Positions 1-11,955 are shown, counted from the whole stretch's first letter. The stretch is DNA of 62,760 nt, filler included, from Chiloscyllium plagiosum (GCF_004010195.1; 6 parts of 2 records of this genome joined end to end with filler, not necessarily neighbours in it); one strand, 5' to 3'. A program made the numbers and translations. Notes: generated by a model from the letters alone, not told the origin.

Positions 1-145
1 ACAGACACGGGGAGAATGAGCAAACCCCACACTGACACGGGGAGAATGAGCAAACCCCACACAGATGGTTGCCTGAGGCAGGAATTAAATCTGGGACCCT
101 GGTGCTGTGAGGCAGCAGTGCTAACCACTGAGCCACTGTGCCACC
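1..145 (-). mobile_element. tRNA-derived SINE (HE1/V-SINE-like), 5' part
   Basis: Reverse complement reads gggtggcacagtggctcagtggttagcactgctgcctcacagcaccagggtcccagatttaattcc (A/B-box-like head), the same as other copies in the window. Confidence 0.8.
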
Positions 146-237
146 CTTTTGAATTAGCACACTAGTTCCAACTCCTTATGAAAACTATCCAATTAGTCCT
201 ACGGTTTTGTTCTTTTCCATTTTACTTCTTCAAATGT

Positions 238-838
238 GGGTGGCACAGTGGTTAGCACTGCTGCCTCACAGCGCCAGAGACCCGGGTTCAGATTAGGTTA
301 CTTACAGTGTGGAAACAGGCCCTTCGGCCCAACAAGTCCATACCGACCCGCCGAAGCGCAACCCACCCAGACCCCTACATTTACCCCTTACCTAACACTA
401 CGGGCAATTTAGCATGGCCAATTCACCTGACCTGCATATCTTTGGACTGTGGGAGGAAACCGGAGCACCCGGAGGAAACCCACACAGACACGTGGAGAAT
501 GTGTAAACTCCATACAGTCAGTCACCTGAGGCGGGAATTGAACCCGGGTCTCAGGCGCTGTGAGGCAGCAGTGCTAACCACTGTTCAATTCCCGTCTCAG
601 GCGACTGACTGTGTGGAGTTTGCACGTTCTCCCCGTGTCTGCGTGGCTTTCCTCCGGGTGCTCCGGTTTCCACCACAGTCCAGGGTCAGGTGAATTGGCC
701 ATGCTAAATTGCCCGTAGTGTTAGGTAAGGGGTAAATGTAAGGGTATGGGTGGATTGCGCTTCGGCGGGTCGGTCTGGACTTGTTGGGCCGAAGGGCCTG
801 TTTCTACACTGTAAGTAATCTAATCTAATCTAATCTAA
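238..838 (+). mobile_element. HE1/V-SINE-like SINE interrupted at its B box by an inverted copy of the same family
   Basis: Head ggtggcacagtggttagcactgctgcc; body resumes at ~584 (ttcaattcccgtctcagg); (taatc)n tail at 816-836. Confidence 0.85.
291..583 (-). mobile_element. Nested HE1/V-SINE-like SINE, antisense
   Basis: Near full-length reverse complement of the SINE seen at 19152-19450. Confidence 0.85.
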
Positions 839-1048
839 AAAAAATCTAAAAAAAAATGATTACCCTATCTCTCCTGAAGATTAAGTTTGAATAAGTTTGC
901 ATCATATTTTCAGGCAGTGATGCCAGATCATAAAATTGTGTGCACAGAAAGGATCTCCTCATCTCCCGCTCAATTATTTTAACATTTAACTTGAATCTAT
1001 GTCCTCTGGTCAGACATCTTCTGCCAATGGGACCACTTTCTCCCCATG

Positions 1049-1442
1049 GAGGACTGCAGATGCTGGAGATCAGAGTGAGAATGTAGTGCTGGAAAAGCAC
1101 AGCAGGTCAGGCAGCATCCGAGGAGCAGGAGAATCGACAGGACTGAGGTTTGTGGGCCGGGGGCACTGAGAGATAAATGGGACGGGGGAGGGGTTGGGGC
1201 AAGGTAACTGAGAATGTGATAGGTAGGTGAAGGTGGGGGAGGGGTGGAGCAGATAGATGGGGAAAGGTGATGGACAGGTCTGGAGGGCGGTGCCAAGTTG
1301 GAGGCTTGCGACTGGGATAATGTAGGGGGAGGGGAAATGAGGAAACTGTTGAAGTCCACATTGATCCTGTGCAGTTGCAGGGTCCCAAGGCGGAATATGA
1401 GGCGTTCTTCCTCCAGGCGTCAGGTGGTAATGGTTTGGCGGT
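1049..1442 (-). mobile_element. Penelope-like element 3' end/terminal repeat fragment
   Basis: Similar to the sequence downstream of the GIY-YIG region at 52900-53295; hammerhead core is missing in this copy. Confidence 0.75.
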
Positions 1443-2657
1443 ATGTATGCAATTAAAATCCCACCTAATTTTGAATAATCTACATTAACCTTCTCTGCTC
1501 TCAGGTGAACAGCCCCAATTTCTCCATATAATTGATCATTTCTGGTATTGTTCTTGCTGTTTCTGTCAAAGTGTATCAAATCCTTTGTTCAGGTGTGACA
1601 AATATTATTCCCTTCTCCCTCCTGAGGAGGAACTGTTGACAATTAACAGACTTCAAACCAATCTCGCAGCTCAAGACTGGGCATCTGTGAGGGGCTGTGG
1701 GCCATCAACCGCAACAGAACTGTACTCCAGCACAATCTGTAACCTCACGGCCCAGCATATCCCCCACTTAACCATTACCATCAAGCCAGGGGGGGGTCAA
1801 TCCTGGTTCAGTGCAGGAGAGCATACCAGGGGCAGCATTAGGCACACCTGAAAATGAGATGTCAACCTGGTGAAGCCACCAAACAGCATAAACAGCAAAT
1901 GACAGACAGAGGTAAGCGATCCCACAACCAATGGATCAGATCTAACCTCGCAGTCCTTCCACATCCAGTCATGAATGGTGGGGGCAATTAAACAACTCAC
2001 TGGAGGAGAAGGCTCCACAAATATCCCCACCCTCAGTGATGGAGGAGCTCAGCATATTAGCGCAGAAGGTAAGGCTGAAGCTTTCACAGGAATCTTCAGC
2101 CAGAAATGCCGAGTGGATGATCTATCTCGGCCTCCTCCAGTGGTCCCCAGCATCATAGATACCAATCTTCAGCCAATTTGATTCACTCCATGTGTTATCA
2201 AGAAACAGTTGGAGGCACTGGATATTGCAAAGACTATGCACCCTGTCAACATTCCAGCTATAATACTGAAGCCTAGTGCCCCAGAACCTGCCTCTCCCCG
2301 AGCCAAGCTGTTCCAGTCCAGTTACAACACTGGCATCTACACAGCGATGTGGAAAATTGCCCAGGTATGTCCTGTACAGAAAAAGCAACCAACCCAACCC
2401 GGCTAATTCCTGTCCCATCAGTCTACTCTCCATCGTCAGTAACGCAATGGAAGGGGTCAGTAACAGAGCTATCAAGCAGCACCTGCTCAGCAATAACCTG
2501 CTCAGAGACGCCCAGTTTGGGTTCCCCCAGGGTCACTCAGCTCCTGACCTCATTCCAGCCTTGGGTCAAACATGGACAAAAGGAATGTTGACAAATGTTT
2601 GCTTTCTCTTAATATTTTGATACAATAATACCTACGGGACAGTAATCAAAACACCCG

Positions 2658-2729
2658 TTCCCTGGCCGGGAATCGAACCTGGGCCGCGACGGTGAAAGCG
2701 CCGAATCCTAACCACTAGACCACCAAGGA
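2658..2729 (-). tRNA. tRNA-Glu (anticodon TTC) gene or recent pseudogene
   Basis: Reverse complement tccttggtggtctagtggttaggattcggcgctttcaccgtcgcggcccaggttcgattcccggccagggaa: 72 nt, cloverleaf, loop CTTTCAC, one A-C mismatch in the T stem; TTTT about 7 nt downstream. Confidence 0.9.
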
Positions 2730-2777
2730 ATGTTAAATTGACAAGTATTTGCTTTCTCTTAATATTTTGATTAACAT

Positions 2778-2849
2778 TCCTTGGTGGTCTAGTGGTTAGG
2801 ATTCGGCGTTTTCACCGTCGTGGCCCGGGTTCGATTCCTGGCCAGGGAA
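2778..2849 (+). tRNA. tRNA-Glu (anticodon TTC) gene or recent pseudogene
   Basis: 72 nt; acceptor TCCTTGG/CCAGGGA; anticodon arm cggcg-TTTTCAC-cgtcg; T arm ccggg-ttcgatt-cctgg; stems pair allowing G-U; TTTT (Pol III terminator-like) at 2856-2859. Confidence 0.9.
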
Positions 2850-3024
2850 CGGGTGTTTTGATTACTGTCGCGTAGGTATTATTGTATCAAAATATTAAGA
2901 GAAAGCAAACATGGACAAAAGGAGCCGAATTCCAGGGGCAGGGGGAGAGTGACAGCATTCGACCGAGTGTAGCATCAAGTCCAGCACCACATAGTTTGAC
3001 TCTGATCTCCATCATCTTCAGTCA

Positions 3025-3360
3025 AAGAACAAAGAGCCCTTCAAGCCTGAGCCGATCTAAATCTACAGTCTAAACTTGTCGCCCAATTCCTAAGCGTCTG
3101 TATCCCTCTGCTCCCCACCTACTCATGCATCTGTCCAGATGCATTTTAAATTAATCCTCTGTGTCTGCCTCTACTACCTCTGCTGGCAGTGTGTTCCAGA
3201 CACCTACCACCCTCTGTGTAAAGTACTTTCCGCACGTATCCCCCTTAAACTTTTCTCCTCTCACCTTGAACACATGACCTCTCATTATGGAACGCCTCAC
3301 CCTGGGAAAAAGCTTATCTATCCCTCTGTCTATACCTTTCATGATGTGTAGGCCTCAATC
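3025..3360 (-). mobile_element. CR1 LINE 3' fragment
   Basis: MKGIDR..LFPR...RGHVFKVRG.KF......YFTQRVVGVWNTLP, typical CR1 ORF2 C-terminus. Confidence 0.85.
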
Positions 3361-4103
3361 CTCACTTTGCAGTCCTCACTTTCTTCTAATGAAGTAGTCC
3401 TTGCAAAATTAGAATCAGTGAGTAGCAGGGGCAAACTCTCCACTGGTTGGAGTCATAGCTGGCACATAGGAAGATGGTCATAATTGTTGGAGGTCAGTAT
3501 TCTCATATCCAGGACATCTCTGCAGGATTTCCTCAGGGTGGTATCCTAGGCTCAACTATCTTCAATTGCCTCATCATTGGCCTTCTAATCATCATAAGGT
3601 CAGAGGTGGGGATCTTTGCTGATGATTGCACAATGTTCAGCAATATCCACAACTCCTCCGATACTGAGGCAGTCCATGTTAAAATGCAACAAGATCTGGG
3701 CAAGATCCAGATTGACTGATAAGTGACAAGTAACATGAGCATAGCACAAATGCCAGGCAATGACCACCTCCAAGAACAGACAATCTAATCATTTCCCTTT
3801 GACATTCAATGGTGTTACCATCACTGAATCCCTCACTAGCAACATCCTTAGCATTACCACCAACAGAAACGTATCAATAAACACAGTGTCTGCAAGAGCA
3901 GGTCAGATGCTGTCCGTTAGCTACAAGGCACAAGTCAGGAGTGGGATGGAATACTCCCCACTTGCCCTGGATGGGTGCAGCTCCAACAACACTCAAGAAG
4001 CTTGAAGCCATTCATGACAAAGCAGCCCGCTTGATTGGCATTGCATCCATAAGCAGTGACTCCCTCCACCACTGCTGCTCAGTAGCAGAAGCATGTACCA
4101 TCT

Positions 4104-4355
4104 ACATTCTCCCCGTGTCTGCGTGGGCTTCCTCTGGGTGTTCTGGTTTCCTCCCACACTCCATTGATGTGCCGATCAGGTGAATTGGCCATGCTAAATT
4201 GCCCAGAGTGTTAGGTCCATTAGTCATGGGTAAATGTAGGGTATTAGGGTAGGAGAATGGGGCTGGGTGGGTTGCTCTTCGGAGGGTCGGTGTGGACTTG
4301 TTGGACCAAATGACCTGTTTCCACACTGTAGGGAATCTAATCCGATCTAATCTAA
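4104..4355 (+). mobile_element. 5'-truncated HE1/V-SINE-like SINE
   Basis: acattctccccgtgtctgcgtggg...tgtttccacactgtagggaatctaat. Confidence 0.8.
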
Positions 4356-5090
4356 GACGTACTGCAAAAATTCACCAAAGATCATAAGACACTACCTTCC
4401 AAACCTATGAACACTTCCCACTAGAAAGACAAGGGCAGAAACTGCATAGGAACCCCACCACCTGCAAGTTCCCCTCCAAGCCACTCAACATCATGACTAG
4501 GAAATATATTGCCGTTCCAACACTGTCGCTGGGTCAAAATCCTGGAATTCCCTCCCCAAGGGCATTGTGGGTCTACCCACAGCAGGTGGACTGCAGTGCT
4601 TCAAGAAGGCAGCTCACCCCCAAAGGGCAACTAGGTACAGGCAATAAATGCTGGCCCATCCAGTGATGTGCATCTCCCACGAGTGAATCTTAAAAAGTTA
4701 TCACTCACCAACCCCCACCCAGGTCGCTCCAGTTAGCTTCGGCACCATGAGCTTTGCATGGCCATGAATGTTTGTTCTGACACAAGCTGCCTAGACAACA
4801 GTACTAGGTCACAGATATACAGGAACTGGTTGGGACAGTCCACCCAGCCACCCACATCTACACAGTAGTTACTTTAATTACAAGGAACTAAATTAAGCTT
4901 CTTTCAAATGTAAAAATTCTGATATTAGCAATACTGGTCCTGTGAGAGACCTCAAAGAGATTGCATGGAGAACATCTCTGTGCAAAAATGGAAATGCATT
5001 CTAGTGGTGACTTTCAGGTGATAGAGATTACCACAAGGGGAAAGTAGAAAAGCTATCTGCCATTCTCAGAGATGACTATTATTTAAAACA

Positions 5091-5270
5091 AGGACTGCAG
5101 ATGCTGGAAACCAGAGTCTAGATCTGAGTGGTGCTGGAAAAGCACAGCAGGTCAGGCAGCATCCGAGGATCAGGACAATCGACGTTTCGGGTAATAACCC
5201 TTCATCAGGAATCCTGCTCCTCGGATGTTGCTTGACCTGCTGTGCTTTTCCAGCACCACTCTAATCTAGA
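5091..5270. mobile_element. Penelope-like terminal repeat in fold-back arrangement
   Basis: Minus-strand terminal repeat 5091-5212 followed by its plus-strand counterpart 5212-5270. Confidence 0.75.
5181..5208 (-). ncRNA. Minimal hammerhead ribozyme motif (Penelope terminal repeat)
   Basis: CTGATGA-a-GGGT-tatt-ACCC-GAAA-CGTC on the minus strand. Confidence 0.65.
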
Positions 5271-6469
5271 CCATTATTTAAATTAGATTATTTAAATTAG
5301 CTGCTGATGACGTTCAGATTTTTAACTGAAAATAGTAATCTATATCACTCCGGAACGATTTAGTTCTAATTACATGTGCATGTTCCCTTGTTCTATCATT
5401 TCCCCGACCAGGAGAAAAAGTTTGTCTCTGTCCATTCTATCAAACTATACCCCCATTAAATCCACCATTCTCAAAGAAACACAACTCTTACCTATGCAAT
5501 CTGTCCTCATCATGTAACTGTTAATCTTTGTTTCATTATGCTGAACCTTTTTCAAGACCAAAATAAGACTGAGATGTGATGCCCAGGCTTAAGGCTCAAT
5601 ATTAAACACTGATGCTTTTGTTAAGATGTTTTCTCTTGCTTTTTCATCACATCTTTTCAAGAGTGGATCCTGATCCACTTCATGGGTCAGTGGGAAAATT
5701 GTCTTCACGATGCAGTTCTAAGCCATACAGATCAAAAGGCATACAGCTTCCTGTGTAGTTTGGCAGATTTTGGATGGTGCTGAGACAAATTTGTTTAGGC
5801 AGGACAGCAATGGGCAAGGAGAGAGTGGGAGTGCGTGAGGTGGACACTTCAGTGGTGTCGGTATTTATGTTTGGAAAGGGAAGGAAAAACAGCTTTACTT
5901 CCCATGTCAGATTGCTACCTTGTGCTGGCTGCTGGAGAGGATGTGTTTGTGTATTTGCAAGTGGAGACCGCCATGAGAACAGTCTGGGCAGACTCACATG
6001 GCATCACACAAAGTGAGTAGTAGGGAACTGGAAGACTAACTTACTTCAATGGTGAAGCAAAGGGATTGGAGAGTGAATTGGACTATTGATTCACCACTGT
6101 CTATTCTCAAAATGTTAGCTCTAAACATTCAATAGGACCCACTCATTTTCTGAGTCAACATTTCCCCTTTTCCCTCACATCAGAATTTAATACTGCTAAT
6201 AACTTCACTTTATTCACAATCATTAATGTAATTCTTTCCATTTACCAAACCACCTCTTCCCACGTTTAAACAATGGAGAGGCTTTCTCAGGTGGATACGT
6301 TATTGGATAGAGCCCACTCTGTTAAAGGTCTCTTCCTTCATTGAAGGTTCTTTACAACCTCTTTAAAATTGGGCTAAAAACGATACTTCTCTGATTCGAA
6401 ATGTAACATTTGTTCTGGTGAGCAAGTAGAATTATTTTTTAAGCCCTGTGTTATTCCATAAAAATATAA

Positions 6470-6865
6470 GAACATAAAGAACAGGAGCAGGAGTAGGCCA
6501 TCTGACCCCTCGAGCCTGCTCTGCCATTCAGTAAGATCATGGCTGGTCTTTTCGTGGACCCACCCGCTCACCGTAACCCTGAATTCCCTTTTTGTTCAGA
6601 AAGCTATCTGTCTTTCTCTTAAAAACATTCAACGACGTAGCCTCAACTGCTTCACTGGGCAGAGAGTTCCACAGCTTCACAATCCTTTGGACAAAGAGGT
6701 TCCTCCTCAACTCAGTCCGAAATCTGCTCCCCCTTGTTTTGAGGCTGTGCCCCCTAGTTCTAGTTTCACCCATCCAGTGGAAACAACCTCCCTGCTTCCA
6801 ACTTTTGTATTCTTTTCTTAATTTATATGTTTCTATAAGATTCCCTCTCAATTTTCTAAATGCTA
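6470..6865 (-). mobile_element. CR1 LINE 3' fragment
   Basis: LRGNLIETYK...TRGHSLK.RG..FRTELRRNLF.QRIVKLWNSLP; (ataagaac)-type tail at ~6466-6482. Confidence 0.85.
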
Positions 6866-6892
6866 GAACTATCTCAAACAACCTGTCTGAGG

Positions 6893-7104
6893 AAGTTGAA
6901 AAATGTGGTGCTGGAAAAACACAGCAGGCCTGGCAGCATCCGAGGAGCAGGAGAATAAACGTTTCGGGCATAAGCCTTCCTGAAGAAGGGCTTATGCCCG
7001 AAACGTTTATTCTCCTGCTCCTCGGATGCTGCCAGGCCTGCTGTGTTTTTCCAGCACCACATTTTTCAACTTTGGTCTCCAGCATCTGCAGTCCTCGCTT
7101 TCTC
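6893..7104. mobile_element. Palindromic Penelope-like terminal repeat insertion with 17-bp flanking duplication
   Basis: Inverted arms ~6893-6976 and ~6989-7072; caacctgtctgaggaag at 6879-6895 and 7105-7121. Confidence 0.85.
6980..7007 (+). ncRNA. Minimal hammerhead ribozyme motif
   Basis: CTGAAGA-a-GGGC-ttat-GCCC-GAAA-CGTT. Confidence 0.6.
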
Positions 7105-7279
7105 CAACCTGTCTGAGGAAGCCTTAGAGCAGAAATGCTCTCCCTGTCTCTATGTTCTGATGGCTTACTGCTTCAAACACGATGCACTGGGTCTGGAATC
7201 TTGGGTATCAAAGTTAAGTTCTGCCCTCACACAACTAGCACACATCCAGGAGAGATCATTGCATAACTATCCAAGAAGA

Positions 7280-7480
7280 TGGAATGAGCTGCCAGAGGAT
7301 GTGGTGGAGGCTGGTACAATTGCAACATTTAAGAGGCATCTGGATTGGTATATGAATAGGAAGAGTTTGGAGGGATATGGGCCAAGTACAGCAAGTGGAC
7401 CAGATTAGGTTAGGATATCTGGTCAGCATGGACAAGTTGGACCGAAGGGTCTGATTCCGTGCTGTACATCTCTATGACCG
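7280..7480 (+). mobile_element. CR1 LINE 3' end
   Basis: WNELPEDVVEAGTIATFKRHLD.YMNRK followed by 3' UTR. Confidence 0.8.
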
Positions 7481-8479
7481 TAGTGGTTGAGATTTGATAA
7501 CTGACTTTGTGGTTGATAAAGCAAACCAGAAGTAAGCCTCCTGGAAGATAGACAGGTGAAGAAATACCGAGCTTTCTCCCCTTCTTCTATCTGGAAAACC
7601 CTCAATGAGATATAATGATCCCATCACTGCCTGAATTAAGATTAAGGGCCAACATGGAACCTTCCCACATTGTTTAGCTCAGTAAATCTAAGGCTTGCCA
7701 ATCTTTCAGCATTGTTTTAGGTCTCTGGGAATTAAAGATGAATCACTGGGTTACCATTGCCAGCAACTGGGGGAGAAAAACAAGTTGTTAAGAAAAAGGT
7801 GTTTTGTTTATTATTGTCTTTGAAATCTTTCATTGTTTAGTTATAAAACATTGGAGATGGGAAAAAAGGTTATTAACTGGGTGGAGCGTCGGAGGCAATG
7901 GTCATGTGATGAGTCCTCTGGGAACGCACGCAACTGGAAATGGTGACCTTGGTGAAATATCGAGAGTGTGAACAACACATTTGTAATTGCAGATGCCCCT
8001 TTGAAATGCTATCCTTACTGCTCCTGCCCCCCTTGAGTATTCATGGTCCCCCGGAATATTCGTAACTTGTGAAATGTTACATTCCAATCAATTTTACAGC
8101 ATTCTTCTGTACAACTGTTGATTTTAATCTCAGTATATTATTGAAAAGATTATACGATTCCATTTGTATCTGAGGCACCAGCACGTCCCCAAAAAACTTC
8201 CTCAATAAACACTTCCCCGTCCTTATTCAGAGAAACACGGCCCTTTTTAACCTGCAGTTCAAGTGATATTCTGACACATTTCCCTCTTTCACAGAGACGT
8301 AAATATGCTCCTCTCCTTCACCCAGCCAATTCTGAGAGGCAATGTCTCATAAATCAGTGGTTCCCAAACTGAGACTCAGGGCTAGTTTACAGTGGAGATG
8401 CAGAAACATGAGGATATCCGCGCTGGGCGATGAGACCAGAATGCCATCACCTCATGTAGTGCAGTGGGCTATGCCACCC

Positions 8480-8730
8480 TTGGGTGCCTGCAGTTTGCAT
8501 GTTCTCCCCGTGTCTGCATGGGTTTCCTCCAGTGCTCTGGTTTCCCCCCACAGTCCAAAGACGTGCAGGTCAGGTGGATTGGCTATGCTAAATTGCCCAG
8601 AATGTGCAGGCTAGGTAGGTTAGCCATTGGAAGTGCAGGGTTACAGGGATAGGGTCTGGGTGGGATGCTGTTCAGAGTGTGAACTTGATGGGCTGAATGA
8701 CCTGCTTCCACAATGTAGGGATTCTACGAT
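8480..8730 (+). mobile_element. Diverged HE1/V-SINE-like SINE
   Basis: agtttgcatgttctccccgtgtctgcatgggtttcc...gctaaattgccc. Confidence 0.75.
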
Positions 8731-8864
8731 TGTTGGAGATCCCAGATTTGAAGTCATTGGCAGAAAAGCATTGAGGGGAAACCTTGCAAGCAGCGTATGG
8801 TTAAACTCTGGAATACACTGCCTTAGAATATGACGGAGGTCAGTTCAACTAAGGATTGTTTTTT

Positions 8865-9965
8865 CATTCATTCATGGGGTGAGGGCCTCGATGGCCAGGC
8901 CAGCATTTATTGCCCATCCCTAGTTGACCGGAGGGCATTAAGAGTCCATCACATTGCTGTGGGTCTGAAGTCACATGTCGGTCAGACTGGGTAAGGGTGG
9001 CAGATGGATACACAACTGATTGGCAGAGAGGAAACAGTAGCAATTAATGATCCTTTCAAATTGACAGGCAGTAATTAGTGGTGTACCACAGGGATCAGTG
9101 TAGGATCCCCAGCTATTCGCAATATATTAATGATTCGGATGAGGGAACAAAATGTAACATTTCAAAGTTTGCAGATGATACCAAGTTGGGTAGGAGGATG
9201 AACTGTGATGAGGATGCAGAGATCTTTCAGCATGACCTGGACAGGTTGGGTGAGTGGGCACATCAATGGCAGATGCAGTATAATTTGGATAAATGTGACA
9301 TCATTCACTTTGGAAGCAAAAACAAGAATGCAGATTACTACCGGAATGGCTATAAATAGGGAGAGAGAGGAGTGTGCAGTGAGACCTGGGGGGGGGGGTC
9401 TTACAGAGACTTATAAAATCCTAACAGGACTAGACAGGGTAGATGTAGGGAGGATGTTCCCCATGGTGGGTGTGTCCAGAACCAGGGGTCACAGTCTAAG
9501 GATTCGGGGTGGACCATTTAGGATGAAGATAAAGAGACATTTCTTCACCCAGAGAGTGTTGAGCCTGTGGAATTCATTACCACAGGAAGTAATTGGTGCC
9601 AACACATTGAATGAATTCAAGAGGTACCTCAATGTAGCCCTTGGGGTAAATGGGATCCAAGGTTATGGGAAGAAAGTAGGATTAGGCAATTGAGTTAGAT
9701 GATCAGCCATGATTGTGATGAATGGCTGAGCAGGCTCAAAGGGCCTCTTCCTGTTCTGATGTTTCTATTCCTTCCCTGAAGGACATTAGTGAACCAGGTG
9801 GGTTTTTCCAACATGGCTCATGGTCATCATTAGACACCTGCTTCCAGATTTTACTGAATTTAAATCCCACCATCTGCTGTGACAGGATTCGACCCCATGT
9901 CCCAGAATGTTACCTGGGTCTCTGGATTAACAGGCCTGCGACAATACCACAAGGCCATTGCTTCC
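8865..9965 (-). mobile_element. Second SINE family (shares its 3' tail with the LINE at 1650-4695), split by a CR1 insertion
   Basis: 8865-9010 and 9765-9965 are complementary halves of the element seen intact at 33310-33645. Confidence 0.65.
9010..9765 (+). mobile_element. CR1 LINE RT fragment and 3' end with an internal deletion
   Basis: GVPQGS, YIND, SKFADDTK, W.MQYN..KC, TRGHSLRIRG, FFTQRV..LWNSLP. Confidence 0.85.
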
Positions 9966-11399
9966 CCAAACAGTTTACAAGCTGTAATCTGCTTGTGTGG
10001 AACTTTTCTTCTGAACTGTGATGTTCATCTGGTTCCTGGCCTCCCTGTTCGCTGGTCATTAAAGCTCAAGTCAACAAGAAGCCATTTATCACCGAGTAAC
10101 TTGTTGAGATATCTTGCCTAAGGTTTACAATGTTGTGTCAAGGATGTCTTCAGCTCACAGTTCCAAATGACCTTTTGACCTTTCTTAATTAAAGATCAGA
10201 CCTTCACAGCAGTGAAACAGCAAAACCCATTTACCCCTACTTCCCAAGTAAAGTAGTAATAACAATAACAACAATATATTATAAATCTTCATTGCCCCAG
10301 ACCTACCCAGTACATAAACAGGTTAATCTGCTTATTTTGAACAGCAAGTATGGGCAAATAAAACTGTGAGGTAATTCTCCTCAAGGAGGTCAACATTTCC
10401 ACACACTTCCCCGTTCACATTCATCTCAAAGAACAAAGGATAGCAGGGCTTAGACAGACAGCAACTCTGTCCGAATACAAAGGCACATCATCTCAGGTAA
10501 ACTGGAGTCTGAAGCTGTCAAGGACCACAGAGGGATAAGTGCAAAAGAAATACCTTGGAGACAGGTTGGAGAGAAAATAGGAACCAGGCAGAGGAAACCA
10601 AACTATCTCCGGCCATTACTTGGAGAGATTGGTATGGGAGAATGCTGGGAAACTGCCTGAATTAATTCTACTGTAGGAAACCCAGGCATTTAAGGGAAAG
10701 TTGGTGGTTTCAGTGCCCTCTGGAAAGTCTAGCTGAAAGTCCAGTGTCTGCAGCATTAATAATAGTCATTGTCTGTTCAGGCATGACTAAGGACCAAGCC
10801 ACCTGTCAGGAGTTAGGTTCAAAGGAATGATCTCCACTGACTATTTAAAGTAGCCAGACAGCAAAATATACTCACTAATCAGAAAAAGACAGCCCAGAGA
10901 AGCTGGGAAAAGGTGAGCAGCAAGTGACAGGAAAGCTGGGAAACAGAAGGATTTTGGCAACGGTACAGGGGACAGTAAAACTCTTGAGAGTTAGTGTGAC
11001 TAAAGAATGATGTCAGGAATTAAACCATCAGGATGTGGCATGTAGGCCAAGAACAGAGGGAGATTTGGAAGCCGAATGGGGGACAGGATGGGTCACTGAA
11101 TTTAAACAGGACTGAAGCCCATCTAGAAGCTTCAGAAAGGGTTGGAATAGATCCCAAAGGAGCCAAACAGGCTCAAAGAAATTCACATCTCTCGCTTACC
11201 ACATGATGAGTTCACATATTGGGAGGCAAAAGAAATGCACGTGGAGGATTCAACTTGGAACGGCCTCAGGAATGTGCAGGAGGAGCTGAGCAGCAACGTG
11301 AAGAGAGAAATGAATTGATAACACCAAGAGGCTGGACACTTCTCTCTCTCCAATCTCTCTCAAATTCAAACTCAGTGCTCAATAAAAAAACATTTGCCA

Positions 11400-11690
11400 G
11401 GTGACCAGAGGATAGCTGAGGTGGTTCCTGTGTTTAAGAAGGGCAGCAGGGATAGGCCAGGTAACTACAGAGCAGGTAGTCTGACAGCAGGGGGAGGGAC
11501 ATTATTGGAAACAATGCTGAGGGACAGGATTAATTAATACTTGAGAAAAAAGGGATTGACCAGGCATAGTCTGCATGGATTTGTTAGAGGGTGATCCTGC
11601 CTGACTCATTTATTTGAGTTTGTTGAAAAGGTGACTAAATAGATTGATAAGGGTAGTGCAGTTGATATGGTTTACAATGCCCTTACAATG
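11400..11690 (+). mobile_element. Decayed CR1 RT fragment
   Basis: VVPVFKKGSRD.PGNYR; HGFVRG.SCLT.LFEF.EKVT. Confidence 0.7.
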
Positions 11691-11927
11691 GTCTTTTGTT
11701 TCGGGAAATGGAATTTGTAGGTAGATTTGTGTCTTGACCATTCACGTGAGGTCAATGAAGTTCATGTGACATTGTATCCAGGTCCTTGAGAGTGGATTCT
11801 TACCATTGATTACCACGGCACTCTGTTCCTACTGCTGTCTTGCTGCTTGTCTGGAGAATCTAATGGTTAAAAATGTGTTGCTGGAAAAGCGCAGCAGGTC
11901 AGGCAGCATCAAAGGAACAGGAGAATC

Positions 11928-11955
11928 GACGTTTCGGGCATAAGCCCTTCTTCAG
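11928..11955 (-). ncRNA. Minimal hammerhead ribozyme motif
   Basis: CTGAAGA-a-GGGC-ttat-GCCC-GAAA-CGTC on the PLE sense strand. Confidence 0.65.

Larger units (their letters stand above)
1650..4695 (+). mobile_element. Decayed CR1/L2-group LINE (ORF2 RT region to 3' tail) with several nested insertions
   Basis: Frameshifted RT motifs PANSCPISLLS, QFGF, GFPQGGILG, GIFADDCT; tail ggcaataaatgctggccc...gagtgaat; interrupted by the tRNA cassette, a CR1 fragment and a SINE. Confidence 0.8.
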
